A stretch of 38,225 nt of DNA from Bdellovibrionales bacterium (GCA_041650075.1 JBAZLX010000001.1:1-38225), one strand, 5' to 3'; positions 18,608 through 26,220 are shown, numbered from the stretch's first letter. Notes: generated from the letters alone by a model not told the origin. A program made the numbers and translations.

Positions 18608-19199
18608 TTGTCACCCGCTTTGTTTCGGTTTTGTTCCGCTGCGCATTGAGATTATTTATCTCGGTTTTTGGGGCATGTCTTTCCGATACTTTGAGGGTTA
18701 TAGATGCTTTATCAACAGCCTCAACATTATTCTTAATATCCATAGGATCTAAATCAATTTCAAATAGTTCTACAGTCTCACCGCATACTCTGCCTTCCCC
18801 GTCGTACTGCTTAACCTTAGTCATTGCCTTCTTAGTTCCTCTTGTAAGGGACTCATTGGCTCTTATAACTGCTAAGGCTTGCGTATTTAGTATTAAGCTA
18901 CTTAATCCAGTTTCTTGGGTTACTTTCTCATCAAGGATGGTGATCTCAAAGTCTGATAATGTTGCTACACGTTGCGAAACTGTAACCTTTTTTGCCTGAA
19001 TTGTAACGTTTTCTTTTTCAAGTGCGATAACGTCGGCTTTTATAGCTTGCTTCTCTGTAACCTTTTCCCAACCATTTTGTTTAGCTTTACGGCTTATTTG
19101 TGTATGAGATATGTCACAATCTTCTTCAATATCACGCAATGGATAGCCTAATTCAAATAAGAATTTTGCCCTATCCCATTGTTCCTTTGAATATGCCAT
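18588..19199 (-). CDS. terS: Terminase small subunit (HTH-containing)
   Basis: 203 aa directly upstream of terL and overlapping it. N-terminal HTH-like segment (LRDIEEDCDISHTQISRKAKQNGW). Confidence 0.6.
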   Translation of the reverse strand: MAYSKEQWDRAKFLFELGYPLRDIEEDCDISHTQISRKAKQNGWEKVTEKQAIKADVIALEKENVTIQAKKVTVSQRVATLSDFEITILDEKVTQETGLSSLILNTQALAVIRANESLTRGTKKAMTKVKQYDGEGRVCGETVELFEIDLDPMDIKNNVEAVDKASITLKVSERHAPKTEINNLNAQRNKTETKRVTIVRRND

Positions 19200-19360
19200 T
19201 ACACTTTCGTCCCGTCACTGGTCTTTATCATAGCCGCATTATAAACCCGCTTCATTTCGCTCTCGCAGATATGACAGTGTTCTACGCGATCTACTTCACC
19301 GACTGGCTTGTTAATCTCTGTCTCTATTTTACATAGGGGGCATTTATAAAAATATGTCAT
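19199..19360 (-). CDS. Small zinc-ribbon protein (CxxC...CxxC)
   Basis: Hand translation gives 53 aa: MTYFYKCPLCKIETEINKPVGEVDRVEHCHICESEMKRVYNAAMIKTSDGTKV. TAATG junction with terS. Below the track length cutoff. Confidence 0.55.
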   Translation of the reverse strand: MTYFYKCPLCKIETEINKPVGEVDRVEHCHICESEMKRVYNAAMIKTSDGTKV

Positions 19361-19369
19361 GCTTATTTC

Positions 19370-19534
19370 CTATTTATGTCGGGTTTTACCGTATGTATAA
19401 ACACCAGCCACAGTAAATGTTTCCTCTGAATACACTGGCATATCCATTAAGATAGATGGATTAATAATCTTAAACTTTGTCAGTTCTCTGCATCTTTTAT
19501 TAGATGTGTTAATTTTTCTGTTTTTTCGCTTCAT
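19370..19534 (-). CDS. Hypothetical basic 54-aa protein
   Basis: Hand translation begins MKRKNRKINTSNKRCRELTKFKIINPS. ATGA overlap with the upstream gene stop. Confidence 0.45.
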   Translation of the reverse strand: MKRKNRKINTSNKRCRELTKFKIINPSILMDMPVYSEETFTVAGVYTYGKTRHK

Positions 19535-19839
19535 ACTTTCCAAGCCTCCATTTCAATCATTTTATCATCGCCTCTGCTCCAGAATGGCGACCTCATAATA
19601 TCTAACTCAAACTGCTTATTCATGCACCATTCTTTTAGCTCTATGTGTTTCATATCTTCTGCGATATGCTCTAAATAATCAATCCATGCAGATACCCTGC
19701 AAGCTAACAAATCCTTATAGATCATCTCTGCGGAGCTATCTACGGTTCTAAAAGTAGAAACCGCCCATGCAGCGATTCTATCATCATCAAGATAACATCC
19801 CATGATAGTAAAGAATCGTGATTGCAGTTTTTTGTCCAT
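19531..19839 (-). CDS. Hypothetical protein
   Basis: The track ORF is 19531..19959. The internal start at 19839 (MDKKLQSRFF) was preferred, because the longer form would overlap the divergent plus-strand gene and its promoter. Confidence 0.55.
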   Translation of the reverse strand: MDKKLQSRFFTIMGCYLDDDRIAAWAVSTFRTVDSSAEMIYKDLLACRVSAWIDYLEHIAEDMKHIELKEWCMNKQFELDIMRSPFWSRGDDKMIEMEAWKV

Positions 19840-19872
19840 AAGAATATTATAGCACCAATTTACAATTTTAGG

Positions 19873-19878
19873 TATAAT
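19873..19878 (+). promoter_or_regulatory. Consensus -10 box (TATAAT) for the plus-strand gene 19907..20254
   Basis: A perfect TATAAT lies 29 nt upstream of the ATG, with AAAGGTG as SD. The -35 is poor. Confidence 0.4.
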
Positions 19879-19906
19879 TGAAGTAAATTTGCACAAAGGT
19901 GTTAAC

Positions 19907-20254
19907 ATGGCTTCAAAAACATTATCGATTCTATTTATGGCTCGTGATATTGCACACAAAGAACATCTAAAAACTGGGAGTTATGCGCAACACATGGCGC
20001 TTGGTTCGTTTTATGAAGATGTAATTGGTTTGGCTGATAGCCTAGCCGAAGCATATCAGGGCAAATATGGCATTGTAAAGGAAATTCCAACTATTGCTTT
20101 AAAGGGGAATAAAAACATATCTGCACAGCTTAAAATTTGTGTTGAAATGATTGAAAAAGATCGCAACGAGTATGATCCGTTTTTACAAAATATCATCGAC
20201 TCTGCGATTGCGCTATTTTATTCTACTATTTACAAGCTAGATCATCTTAAGTGA
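19907..20254 (+). CDS. Hypothetical helical-bundle protein (Dps/ferritin-like pattern), opposite-strand moron
   Basis: 115 aa from MASKTLSILF. The helical pattern HLKTGSYAQHMALGSFYEDVIGLADSLAEAYQGKYG is reminiscent of Dps-type helices. The TTG start at 19889 in the track is unlikely. Confidence 0.6.
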   Translation: MASKTLSILFMARDIAHKEHLKTGSYAQHMALGSFYEDVIGLADSLAEAYQGKYGIVKEIPTIALKGNKNISAQLKICVEMIEKDRNEYDPFLQNIIDSAIALFYSTIYKLDHLK

Positions 20255-20432
20255 CATATCGGCTTTTGGCTGATATGATAAAACCAATATCTTTAAAAGA
20301 ATAGCGTCTTAGTACTGGTGGATTATCTTCCCCTCCTAGATGATATTCTTCTATAAAGCTCTTAAGCTTTTTCAGATCTGGATAAATTCCGTTTAATTGA
20401 ATATTTCTAACTACTGCACGATAACTAATCAC
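20247..20432 (-). CDS. Hypothetical protein (weak call)
   Basis: 61-aa ORF with a GTG start and a weak SD. It overlaps the end of the convergent plus-strand gene by 8 nt. Confidence 0.35.
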   Translation of the reverse strand: MISYRAVVRNIQLNGIYPDLKKLKSFIEEYHLGGEDNPPVLRRYSFKDIGFIISAKSRYVT

Positions 20433-20504
20433 ATCAACCCTTTAATCTCAAATCGACACACTTCCGTAGGTAATGATCCTATCCGTGCGTCTATTTCAAA
20501 TTAT

Positions 20505-20582
20505 AGGCTCTCGCATGGGGACTCAAACCCCAAGTTCTCCTGATTAACGTGTTCAGGTGCTTTATCGTTAAGCTAGGCGAGC
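20505..20582 (-). tRNA. tRNA-Asn(GTT)-like element with non-canonical features (possible pseudo-tRNA)
   Basis: Minus strand folds as GCTCGCC-TA-GCTT-AACGATA-AAGC-A-CCTGA-ACACGTTAA-TCAGG-AGAACT-TGGGG-TTTGAGT-CCCCA-TGCGAGA-G-CCT. D, anticodon and T stems are well formed. However, the anticodon loop is 9 nt, there is no U33, the T-loop has T where C56 is expected, and there are 1:72 and 7:66 mismatches. Confidence 0.35.
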
Positions 20583-20662
20583 ATTTATGTTATCTTTTTA
20601 AATATCCCGTCGGATCCGAGTGAATTACCGATATCTTGTGCTGAACAAGTAATATTGTAGCA

Positions 20663-20836
20663 TTATTTTCTTAAACTTTTACTTATTCCATTATCGAAAT
20701 TATACGCTTTTACGTACACCAACCAAAGACTATTTTTTCCTTCGTTGAACTTTTTATAATTGATTCGCATCGCTTCGTTTGTTAGCCCGAAGTGCTGGGC
20801 TAAGACTTTATAGTTTATGTGTTCGTTCGGGATCAT
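20663..20836 (-). CDS. Small HTH-like protein (57 aa)
   Basis: Hand translation: MIPNEHINYKVLAQHFGLTNEAMRINYKKFNEGKNSLWLVYVKAYNFDNGISKSLRK. ATGA overlap with the upstream gene. Below the track cutoff. Confidence 0.5.
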   Translation of the reverse strand: MIPNEHINYKVLAQHFGLTNEAMRINYKKFNEGKNSLWLVYVKAYNFDNGISKSLRK

Positions 20837-21039
20837 TCCGCAAATCTCCCATCAAGCAAGGTTTCCCATGCGGATACCAAAGTCATGTTTGAAATTTTAG
20901 TTATTCCAGTCGTACGATTTACAATTTTATACGCCTGCTTCCCGTTGATTGTTGCATATTGAGTTTTGAGCGTATATCCTAAATTTTTAGCCAACCCTCT
21001 TGCCTCTTTTAAAACTTCTTTCATTGTTAAGCTTTTCAT
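20833..21039 (-). CDS. Hypothetical 68-aa protein
   Basis: The start at 21039 (MKSLTMKEV) has GGGGA 4-5 nt upstream and lies downstream of the strong promoter. The track start at 21078 lies inside that promoter. Confidence 0.55.
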   Translation of the reverse strand: MKSLTMKEVLKEARGLAKNLGYTLKTQYATINGKQAYKIVNRTTGITKISNMTLVSAWETLLDGRFAE

Positions 21040-21068
21040 CTTATCCCCTTTTGTTGTTATATGTCGTA

Positions 21069-21097
21069 AGTATAGCAAATATATTTTGTGTTGTCAA
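21069..21097 (-). promoter_or_regulatory. Near-consensus sigma70 promoter
   Basis: Minus strand TTGACA, 17-nt spacer (acacaaaatatatttgc), TATACT, in the gap after ninG. Confidence 0.65.
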
Positions 21098-21126
21098 GAG
21101 TTTTTTATCAATTTGTAAAAAATATT

Positions 21127-21741
21127 TTAAATTTGAATGTTTTTTATCCTTTGTTTGTATTTTTTTATTATCTCTGCGTATTCTTCGATAGTGTATTGCT
21201 TTGGATCATTTGTTGCTTCAAGTTCCTCCACTTGATCTAAACCTATGCGGTTGATAAGTTCAAACCTATAATTGACCAAGTTCCCGCTGAGGTGATTGTT
21301 GCATATTGAACATTGTCTATGCACGTTTCTTTCGTCAAATCTGAGAATAGCAACATTACCCGCTGGTCTATAGTGTCCCGCATGGAATTGGCGGCCTTCT
21401 CCAATGTATCCGCATGACACACACGGCTTATCTTTATCCCTTGCCCGTATGTATGCATTAAAAACCTCAATAGCCTTACGCTTCAACACGTTTTTATCCG
21501 AATCATTAAACGCTTTCAGTGTCTTTCGCTTTTCGGTTCCGTCTCGCTTAATCTTTTGCGCTTTGGCATATTCAATAGCGTGTGATACAGAGCAACATGA
21601 CTGCATAGGACGGTCAGGCGTGAACATCTCTTTGCATTGCTTGCACTTCTTTTGCTTCGGTGTTCTATTCTTTTTTAGCTGTTCTGATTTAGTGTACATT
21701 GTTTTGCTTTGACGTGTAAGATTTGTGATGTATGCACTCAT
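21127..21741 (-). CDS. ninG: NinG/Rap-like recombination endonuclease
   Basis: N-terminal CKQCKEMF...CCS zinc motif. VFNAYIRARDKDKPCVSCGY...FHAGHYRPAG...RFDERNVHRQCSICNNHLSGNLVNYRFELINRIG parallels remembered lambda NinG. The start is ambiguous (21741 or 21699). Confidence 0.8.
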   Translation of the reverse strand: MSAYITNLTRQSKTMYTKSEQLKKNRTPKQKKCKQCKEMFTPDRPMQSCCSVSHAIEYAKAQKIKRDGTEKRKTLKAFNDSDKNVLKRKAIEVFNAYIRARDKDKPCVSCGYIGEGRQFHAGHYRPAGNVAILRFDERNVHRQCSICNNHLSGNLVNYRFELINRIGLDQVEELEATNDPKQYTIEEYAEIIKKYKQRIKNIQI

Positions 21742-21943
21742 CTATCCAATCGCAACCTTCACACCGACTAATATTGTCTTGATGAAATTGGCAACATTTT
21801 GGCTTTTCTTCTAACTCTTTAATGCGTGCTTGTAGCTCTGCGTTTTGTTGTTCGAGTGATTTTATATACTCTATGCAAACATCTAGTTTATCATTTGCAT
21901 ATGAGCATTTTTTAATTTCTATTGCATATTCTTCCCGTGTCAT
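21689..21943 (-). CDS. Hypothetical coiled-coil / Cys-rich protein
   Basis: 84-aa ORF, ATGA-coupled to the upstream gene. Confidence 0.55.
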   Translation of the reverse strand: MTREEYAIEIKKCSYANDKLDVCIEYIKSLEQQNAELQARIKELEEKPKCCQFHQDNISRCEGCDWIDECIHHKSYTSKQNNVH

Positions 21944-22494
21944 CTCATCCCCTTTTCTTTTGTTAAATTTCCGATCAAGTTTTTGCTCATAGAGCTTGCC
22001 AACGCTAAAGTTTTCCCGACATTATCACGCTCATATCGTTTCAGTGACTCGATAATTTTGCGCTCCAATGTGTTCGGTTCGGTCGTGTTGATCTTAATGA
22101 TTGCCTCACGCCCTCCGATTTCGTTCATAACATATGCCTGCTTATCGGTTAGCTGAAACGATTTACGCACGTTTAAAGCCATCATAAGGCGATAATAATC
22201 TTCACCCTTAGATTCTGACTCAGATAGTACGATTTTGTTTATATCGTGCATTAATGAAGCGATTACACGTGCTTCCGCTTCGTGGTCTGATTCAGGTGTG
22301 AACCGTTTCGCTACTATTGCCACGCGATCGATGCCTTTTTTGAAGGCGTACTCTTCTCCGCTTAGTGCTTTGAAGAAGTCTTTATACTGCGACGGCTGAA
22401 GCGGTGCAATGTATTCGGCTATTTCTGCATCGATGAACGTACCGTTAGGTATGGATAGCTTTGCTTTTATTTCGGTTATTAGTTGTGATTTCAA
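21940..22494 (-). CDS. Hypothetical protein in the replication module
   Basis: 184-aa ORF between the methyltransferase and ninG. No nucleotide-binding motif seen. Confidence 0.6.
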   Translation of the reverse strand: MKSQLITEIKAKLSIPNGTFIDAEIAEYIAPLQPSQYKDFFKALSGEEYAFKKGIDRVAIVAKRFTPESDHEAEARVIASLMHDINKIVLSESESKGEDYYRLMMALNVRKSFQLTDKQAYVMNEIGGREAIIKINTTEPNTLERKIIESLKRYERDNVGKTLALASSMSKNLIGNLTKEKGMR

Positions 22495-23156
22495 AACAAA
22501 CTCCCTTGCACCGCTTCTAGGCGTTTGTTTGCTATTGCTACGTAATCGGGTTCTAGTTCAGTAATACAAAAATCTAATCCTAAACTCTTGCAAGCAATAG
22601 CAGTAGTTCCGCTTCCACCAAATGGGTCAAATATTTTTGTGTAATTGTTTTTAACAGCGTAATCCCTCAAAATCATTTTAAATAATTCAACTGGTTTTTG
22701 TGTTGGATGGTGTCGTTCTTCTTTATTTGCCATATCTTGTTGTATAAAACCATCCCAAAGAAAAGAATATACATGAGAGTTATTATCAAATGAAGTCCAA
22801 GCGTGTTCACAATTTGCAAAAGTTCTATCTGGCATATTTGCATGTTTATACCAAGTAATCATACATCTAGTATTATACAAATGCTCTATAAAATAATTTC
22901 CGCCAAATATAATTTGATTTTTGCTTATCCTTTTAATTTCTTCAAATACTTCTTTGCTAGGTATATAGGCATCCCAATCTTTGGCACCAAAATCTTTTGC
23001 CTTACCTCTAAAGCTTCCACCCCCAACACTTCCTTTTGCCGCTGCGTTAATTCCATAAGGCGGGTCAGTAAGCACCAAATCAAAATACTTGTCAGGTACT
23101 TGCTTCATAAACTCCAAACAGTCCATATTGTAAATTTTGTTTAGTTCGTATTTCAT
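22491..23156 (-). CDS. Orphan DNA methyltransferase (N6A/N4C, beta-class motif order)
   Basis: DLVLTDPPYGI (motif IV) near the N-terminus and FDPFGGSGTTAIA (motif I) near the C-terminus. The start at 23156 (MKYELNKIYNMDC) forms an ATGA overlap with the upstream stop. No cognate endonuclease is nearby. Confidence 0.85.
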   Translation of the reverse strand: MKYELNKIYNMDCLEFMKQVPDKYFDLVLTDPPYGINAAAKGSVGGGSFRGKAKDFGAKDWDAYIPSKEVFEEIKRISKNQIIFGGNYFIEHLYNTRCMITWYKHANMPDRTFANCEHAWTSFDNNSHVYSFLWDGFIQQDMANKEERHHPTQKPVELFKMILRDYAVKNNYTKIFDPFGGSGTTAIACKSLGLDFCITELEPDYVAIANKRLEAVQGSLF

Positions 23157-23917
23157 CTCATCCCCCCATTTTCTTCTTCCCATTTTCTCTGAGCTTCCGC
23201 TAATTGAATTTCAAGCGTATCCTCCGCACTCATGCCGGTATGCTCTTGAATTGCTTTTGCTTTGTCGTAGTCTGATAATTCTACCTCATCGCTCCAGCGA
23301 CCTTCATTAATCCATGTAGTAGGGTGGCATACAAAACCATCGCGTACCGTCTTGGATAGTTTGTATCGTTGTACAGCTTCAAGTATCTCTTGAATGGATG
23401 GTTTGTTCTTCTTTTTCTTCCAAGCTATTAGTGCTTTATCTTTTCCGACTTTTTTAGGGTAGTGTTTCCAGAAGAGATCGAAGTCATTTTGATCTATATT
23501 CTCTACTATACTAACCTTACCTATACTATCCTCTCCTAGACTAGGCGTACAATTTGTATCCAAGTTGTATCCATCATTCAAAGAGTATGCGTTATTGTCC
23601 TTAATTACGAGCTTTGATCGCTCTTCAAAATGTGAAGAAACTTTAAATCTGTCATTTTGGATATAGTTATGGATACGCCAATGTTTAATTACAATGACAC
23701 CGCTTTCAAACGATAAAATAAACTTCTTTGCAATTAGCATTTGAGCGTCACCATCTGAAGCTCCTATCGTTCTCTGTATGCGCTTTGGAGAGTTTACAAA
23801 GCCCTCATCATCTGCCTCTAGTAAAAGATGGAAATAAAGGTTTTGCGACGTTGCCGGCATATCTAAAAATGCATCTGAGTGGATAATCTTTTTACTCATC
23901 ATTCTACGCTCCGCCAT
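23153..23917 (-). CDS. Replisome organiser / replication initiation protein
   Basis: The N-terminus SDAFLDMPATSQNLYFHLLLEADDEGFVNSPKRIQRTIGA...VIVIKHWRIHNYIQNDR matches the phage replisome-organiser N-terminal pattern. The C-terminus has FWKHYPKKVGKDKALIAW...TWINEGRWSDE. Confidence 0.7.
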   Translation of the reverse strand: MAERRMMSKKIIHSDAFLDMPATSQNLYFHLLLEADDEGFVNSPKRIQRTIGASDGDAQMLIAKKFILSFESGVIVIKHWRIHNYIQNDRFKVSSHFEERSKLVIKDNNAYSLNDGYNLDTNCTPSLGEDSIGKVSIVENIDQNDFDLFWKHYPKKVGKDKALIAWKKKKNKPSIQEILEAVQRYKLSKTVRDGFVCHPTTWINEGRWSDEVELSDYDKAKAIQEHTGMSAEDTLEIQLAEAQRKWEEENGGMR

Positions 23918-24138
23918 TATTCTACCTCACATCGCATATCATAGGCAATAATGGGGAATGTATCTTGGTCTCTAGCACGCATAAATTCCTTACCAATTCG
24001 GCAGTATCTTCCAATGCTGTCAAAGCATAAAATATACTCTTTTGGTGTATTATTAGAGTACATACGAAAATACCGTGCAGCCCAATTTACCCAATGATTA
24101 TAATTTTCAAATCTGAATAATTCTTTTCCATTAATCAT
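23917..24138 (-). CDS. Hypothetical protein
   Basis: 73-aa ORF with a TAATG junction to the replisome organiser gene. Confidence 0.55.
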   Translation of the reverse strand: MINGKELFRFENYNHWVNWAARYFRMYSNNTPKEYILCFDSIGRYCRIGKEFMRARDQDTFPIIAYDMRCEVE

Positions 24139-24147
24139 CCTGTCCCC

Positions 24148-24813
24148 CTAAACCAAATCAATAAGCGTGATATTATCTACCATGCTTTTTGCTTCGTTGA
24201 ATGATAGGCGAGGTATTTCCATGTAGCTTGAAACTGCGAAACGATCTTTTAGTTTTGAGTATACCGCTGAAAATAGCTTTTTATTTGATTCTTGTGGTGC
24301 GTTGAAACTGTAAACTTTTGTTGCTACTGATTTTTGAAGGATGCGTTTTTGTGATGGGGTTAGGACAATGTCACCCTTTAACTCTTCGATCTCTGTTTTG
24401 ATTTCGATTAGTTCTATATTAGTTGCTTTTTGAGCATCGAAAACAAGAGATAGGATTTCCATAGGGTCGGTAGGAAGTTTTAATTGTGGCTCTTTGATTT
24501 GACGTTCCATCTCATTAAACGCATCAATTAGATCAAGTTTCCAATTTTCAGCTTTTTCACCAGTAAAACCCATAGCTAAAAACATAAAACCGTCACGGTT
24601 CATTTCGAACATTGGTTGGAATCTATTTTGATTGTCTTTATAATCGGTAAGCGTAAAATTGCGCCGACCTCTCTCGCTGAAAGATGATATTTTTCTCATT
24701 ACGTCTTTGTGTTCTTTTTCAAAAACACTTGCCACTTCTAAACTATTTGCAAAAATTGACCCATCACGGGAAACTAAATGAACCTCAACGTCGTTGATGA
24801 TTACGTTTGACAT
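24148..24813 (-). CDS. Rha-family phage regulatory protein
   Basis: The N-terminus SLEVASVFEKEHKDVMRKI...FEMNRDGFMFLAMGFTGEKA fits the Rha pattern. A C-terminal ORF6C-like helical domain is present. Confidence 0.8.
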   Translation of the reverse strand: MSNVIINDVEVHLVSRDGSIFANSLEVASVFEKEHKDVMRKISSFSERGRRNFTLTDYKDNQNRFQPMFEMNRDGFMFLAMGFTGEKAENWKLDLIDAFNEMERQIKEPQLKLPTDPMEILSLVFDAQKATNIELIEIKTEIEELKGDIVLTPSQKRILQKSVATKVYSFNAPQESNKKLFSAVYSKLKDRFAVSSYMEIPRLSFNEAKSMVDNITLIDLV

Positions 24814-24853
24814 TTTGTGCTTTCGGTATATGATTATTTAAGAGGAGAGGAGT

Positions 24854-25037
24854 GGCTACCAACCCATTCATCTCAGCTTATCGCTAAACTCTTAACGCCT
24901 ACAATGTAAGCGTGGATTGGTAGCCGTTAAAAGTTCGTATCAGTATTATACACCATAAAAGTCTTAATTACGCTTTAAGCACCCCATCGTTTGCACATTG
25001 TGAAGAGGTGGATGGGGTGTGTTGTGATATTATAGCA
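24854..25037 (-). promoter_or_regulatory. Structured leader with two tandem -10 boxes upstream of the Rha-family gene
   Basis: Minus strand: TGCTATAAT (25029..25037) and TATAAT (24945..24950). Inverted repeats: CACCCCATC/GATGGGGTG (24980..24988 / 25011..25019) and GGCTACCAA/TTGGTAGCC (24854..24862 / 24917..24925). A CUCCUCUCCUCUU tract follows. Confidence 0.45.
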
Positions 25038-25075
25038 CATGTCCGCACTTTAATAGGCTGGATATGTTGGGGCGA

Positions 25076-25267
25076 TTAATTCCCCCTAAAGAATATTATT
25101 TTATCTTGAATTTCTTTTAAATTTTCATACAATTCACTTTGTGAGCAATGTTCAAAAAACTTACCACGACTAATTATTATTTCTGATATTTCATCTATCA
25201 GTTCTTCATATTCTCGTATCATTTCGTCTTTTTTATTTAATTCATCTTTAAATGTATTTTTGCTCAT
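25076..25267 (-). CDS. Hypothetical acidic protein
   Basis: 63-aa ORF, ATGA-type coupling to the upstream gene. Confidence 0.5.
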   Translation of the reverse strand: MSKNTFKDELNKKDEMIREYEELIDEISEIIISRGKFFEHCSQSELYENLKEIQDKIIFFRGN

Positions 25268-25581
25268 TTACATAGCTCCAATAGATGAGGTGATTGAAAG
25301 CGATTACCGACTATTTCGAGTTTTTCACACGCTATATAGAACATTTTTGTATAATCAAACATATCGACTATAAAATGATTACCATTTTTGTTTTTTACAA
25401 TCATATGATTATAGATAGGCTCATCGTTTATTGAGCGTAGTGCGGTGAGTTGCATAAACTCTAAATATTCAAGCTTCATAAAGTCATTTAAATATCCGTC
25501 GTAATTATGTATAAATGGCATATAGTGCATAACATTGTCTAGTTTATCCCACGCCATAAACTCTATCGGTGTTGTATTCAT
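25264..25581 (-). CDS. YopX-like protein
   Basis: The N-terminus IEFMAWDKLDNVMHYMPF resembles the YopX family start (FRAWDK...M). 105 aa. Confidence 0.45.
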   Translation of the reverse strand: MNTTPIEFMAWDKLDNVMHYMPFIHNYDGYLNDFMKLEYLEFMQLTALRSINDEPIYNHMIVKNKNGNHFIVDMFDYTKMFYIACEKLEIVGNRFQSPHLLELCK

Positions 25582-25844
25582 TGGGTGTCCTTTAGTTCGT
25601 GCATTCTACATGATTGCAAATCTGAATAGTCTATTGGAAAATCTAGATTATTGCAATAATCTTTTTTGAACCATTTACAAGTTTTGCACGTAAGCTGTTC
25701 AGTATTAGCTAACTGTGCTTCGAGTGATTTTATGTGTTGTTGTAGGGCTTCCAGTTCGGATATTGCATCATCATACATTTTAGAAAATTCGTGGCTATCT
25801 TCTAATTGCGCTCTTGTCTTTTGTAGGATATCTAATGCTTTCAT
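25578..25844 (-). CDS. Hypothetical coiled-coil protein with a CxxC motif
   Basis: The start at 25844 (MKALDIL) gives an ATGA overlap and an AAGGAA SD. The track start is 25862. Confidence 0.5.
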   Translation of the reverse strand: MKALDILQKTRAQLEDSHEFSKMYDDAISELEALQQHIKSLEAQLANTEQLTCKTCKWFKKDYCNNLDFPIDYSDLQSCRMHELKDTQ

Positions 25845-26041
25845 TGGTATTCCTTTTGCCATTTTAAAATAGCTTCTTCTAGCTCTTTGATAATATCGTT
25901 TCTATTTTTTATTGTCCCATCTGTATTTTTGTTAAATGGATTTAGTGTTTGGTAGAATTTTCTTTGCTGAATCTTTTTTTTACCATCAACAAAAACAGTT
26001 CTTCTTGCTTTTATAGAAACTTCATTAAAATTTACATTCAT
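25841..26041 (-). CDS. Hypothetical basic protein
   Basis: 66-aa ORF in the tightly coupled early operon. Confidence 0.5.
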   Translation of the reverse strand: MNVNFNEVSIKARRTVFVDGKKKIQQRKFYQTLNPFNKNTDGTIKNRNDIIKELEEAILKWQKEYQ

Positions 26042-26220
26042 TGTTTCGCTCCTTCGGTCATTTTCATCACTAACTCGCTTTTTTCTCTTGCCATTAGCTT
26101 TTCATAAATCACATACGTTTTACGGTAGTGGTGATCTTCTGACATCTTCGACCATCGATATACTTTTTGCTCATCTAGTTTGAAATGACGGGCGACTTCG
26201 ATAGGGGGGAATAGGTTCAT
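26038..26220 (-). CDS. Small HTH DNA-binding protein (excisionase/AlpA-like pattern)
   Basis: 60 aa. IEVARHFKLDEQKVYRWSK is a typical small HTH. It is the second gene of the leftward early operon. Confidence 0.5.
   Translation of the reverse strand: MNLFPPIEVARHFKLDEQKVYRWSKMSEDHHYRKTYVIYEKLMAREKSELVMKMTEGAKQ

Noticed and set aside
20433-20662. An attP site at the tRNA-like element
   Set aside because: No integrase or excisionase-integrase pair is present anywhere in the genome. The idea is kept only as one possible origin of the tRNA-like sequence.
24841-24880. Plus-strand SD-like AAGAGGAGAGGAG followed by a GTG-initiated 11-codon ORF
   Set aside because: The ORF is only 11 codons and has no supporting signals. 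The purine run is better read as the complement of the CU-rich tract in the minus-strand leader of the Rha-family gene.
25041-25057. A Haemophilus-type uptake signal sequence (AAGTGCGGA on the minus strand)
   Set aside because: It is a single near-match with one mismatch to AAGTGCGGT. One copy in 38 kb is not evidence for a Pasteurellaceae host.
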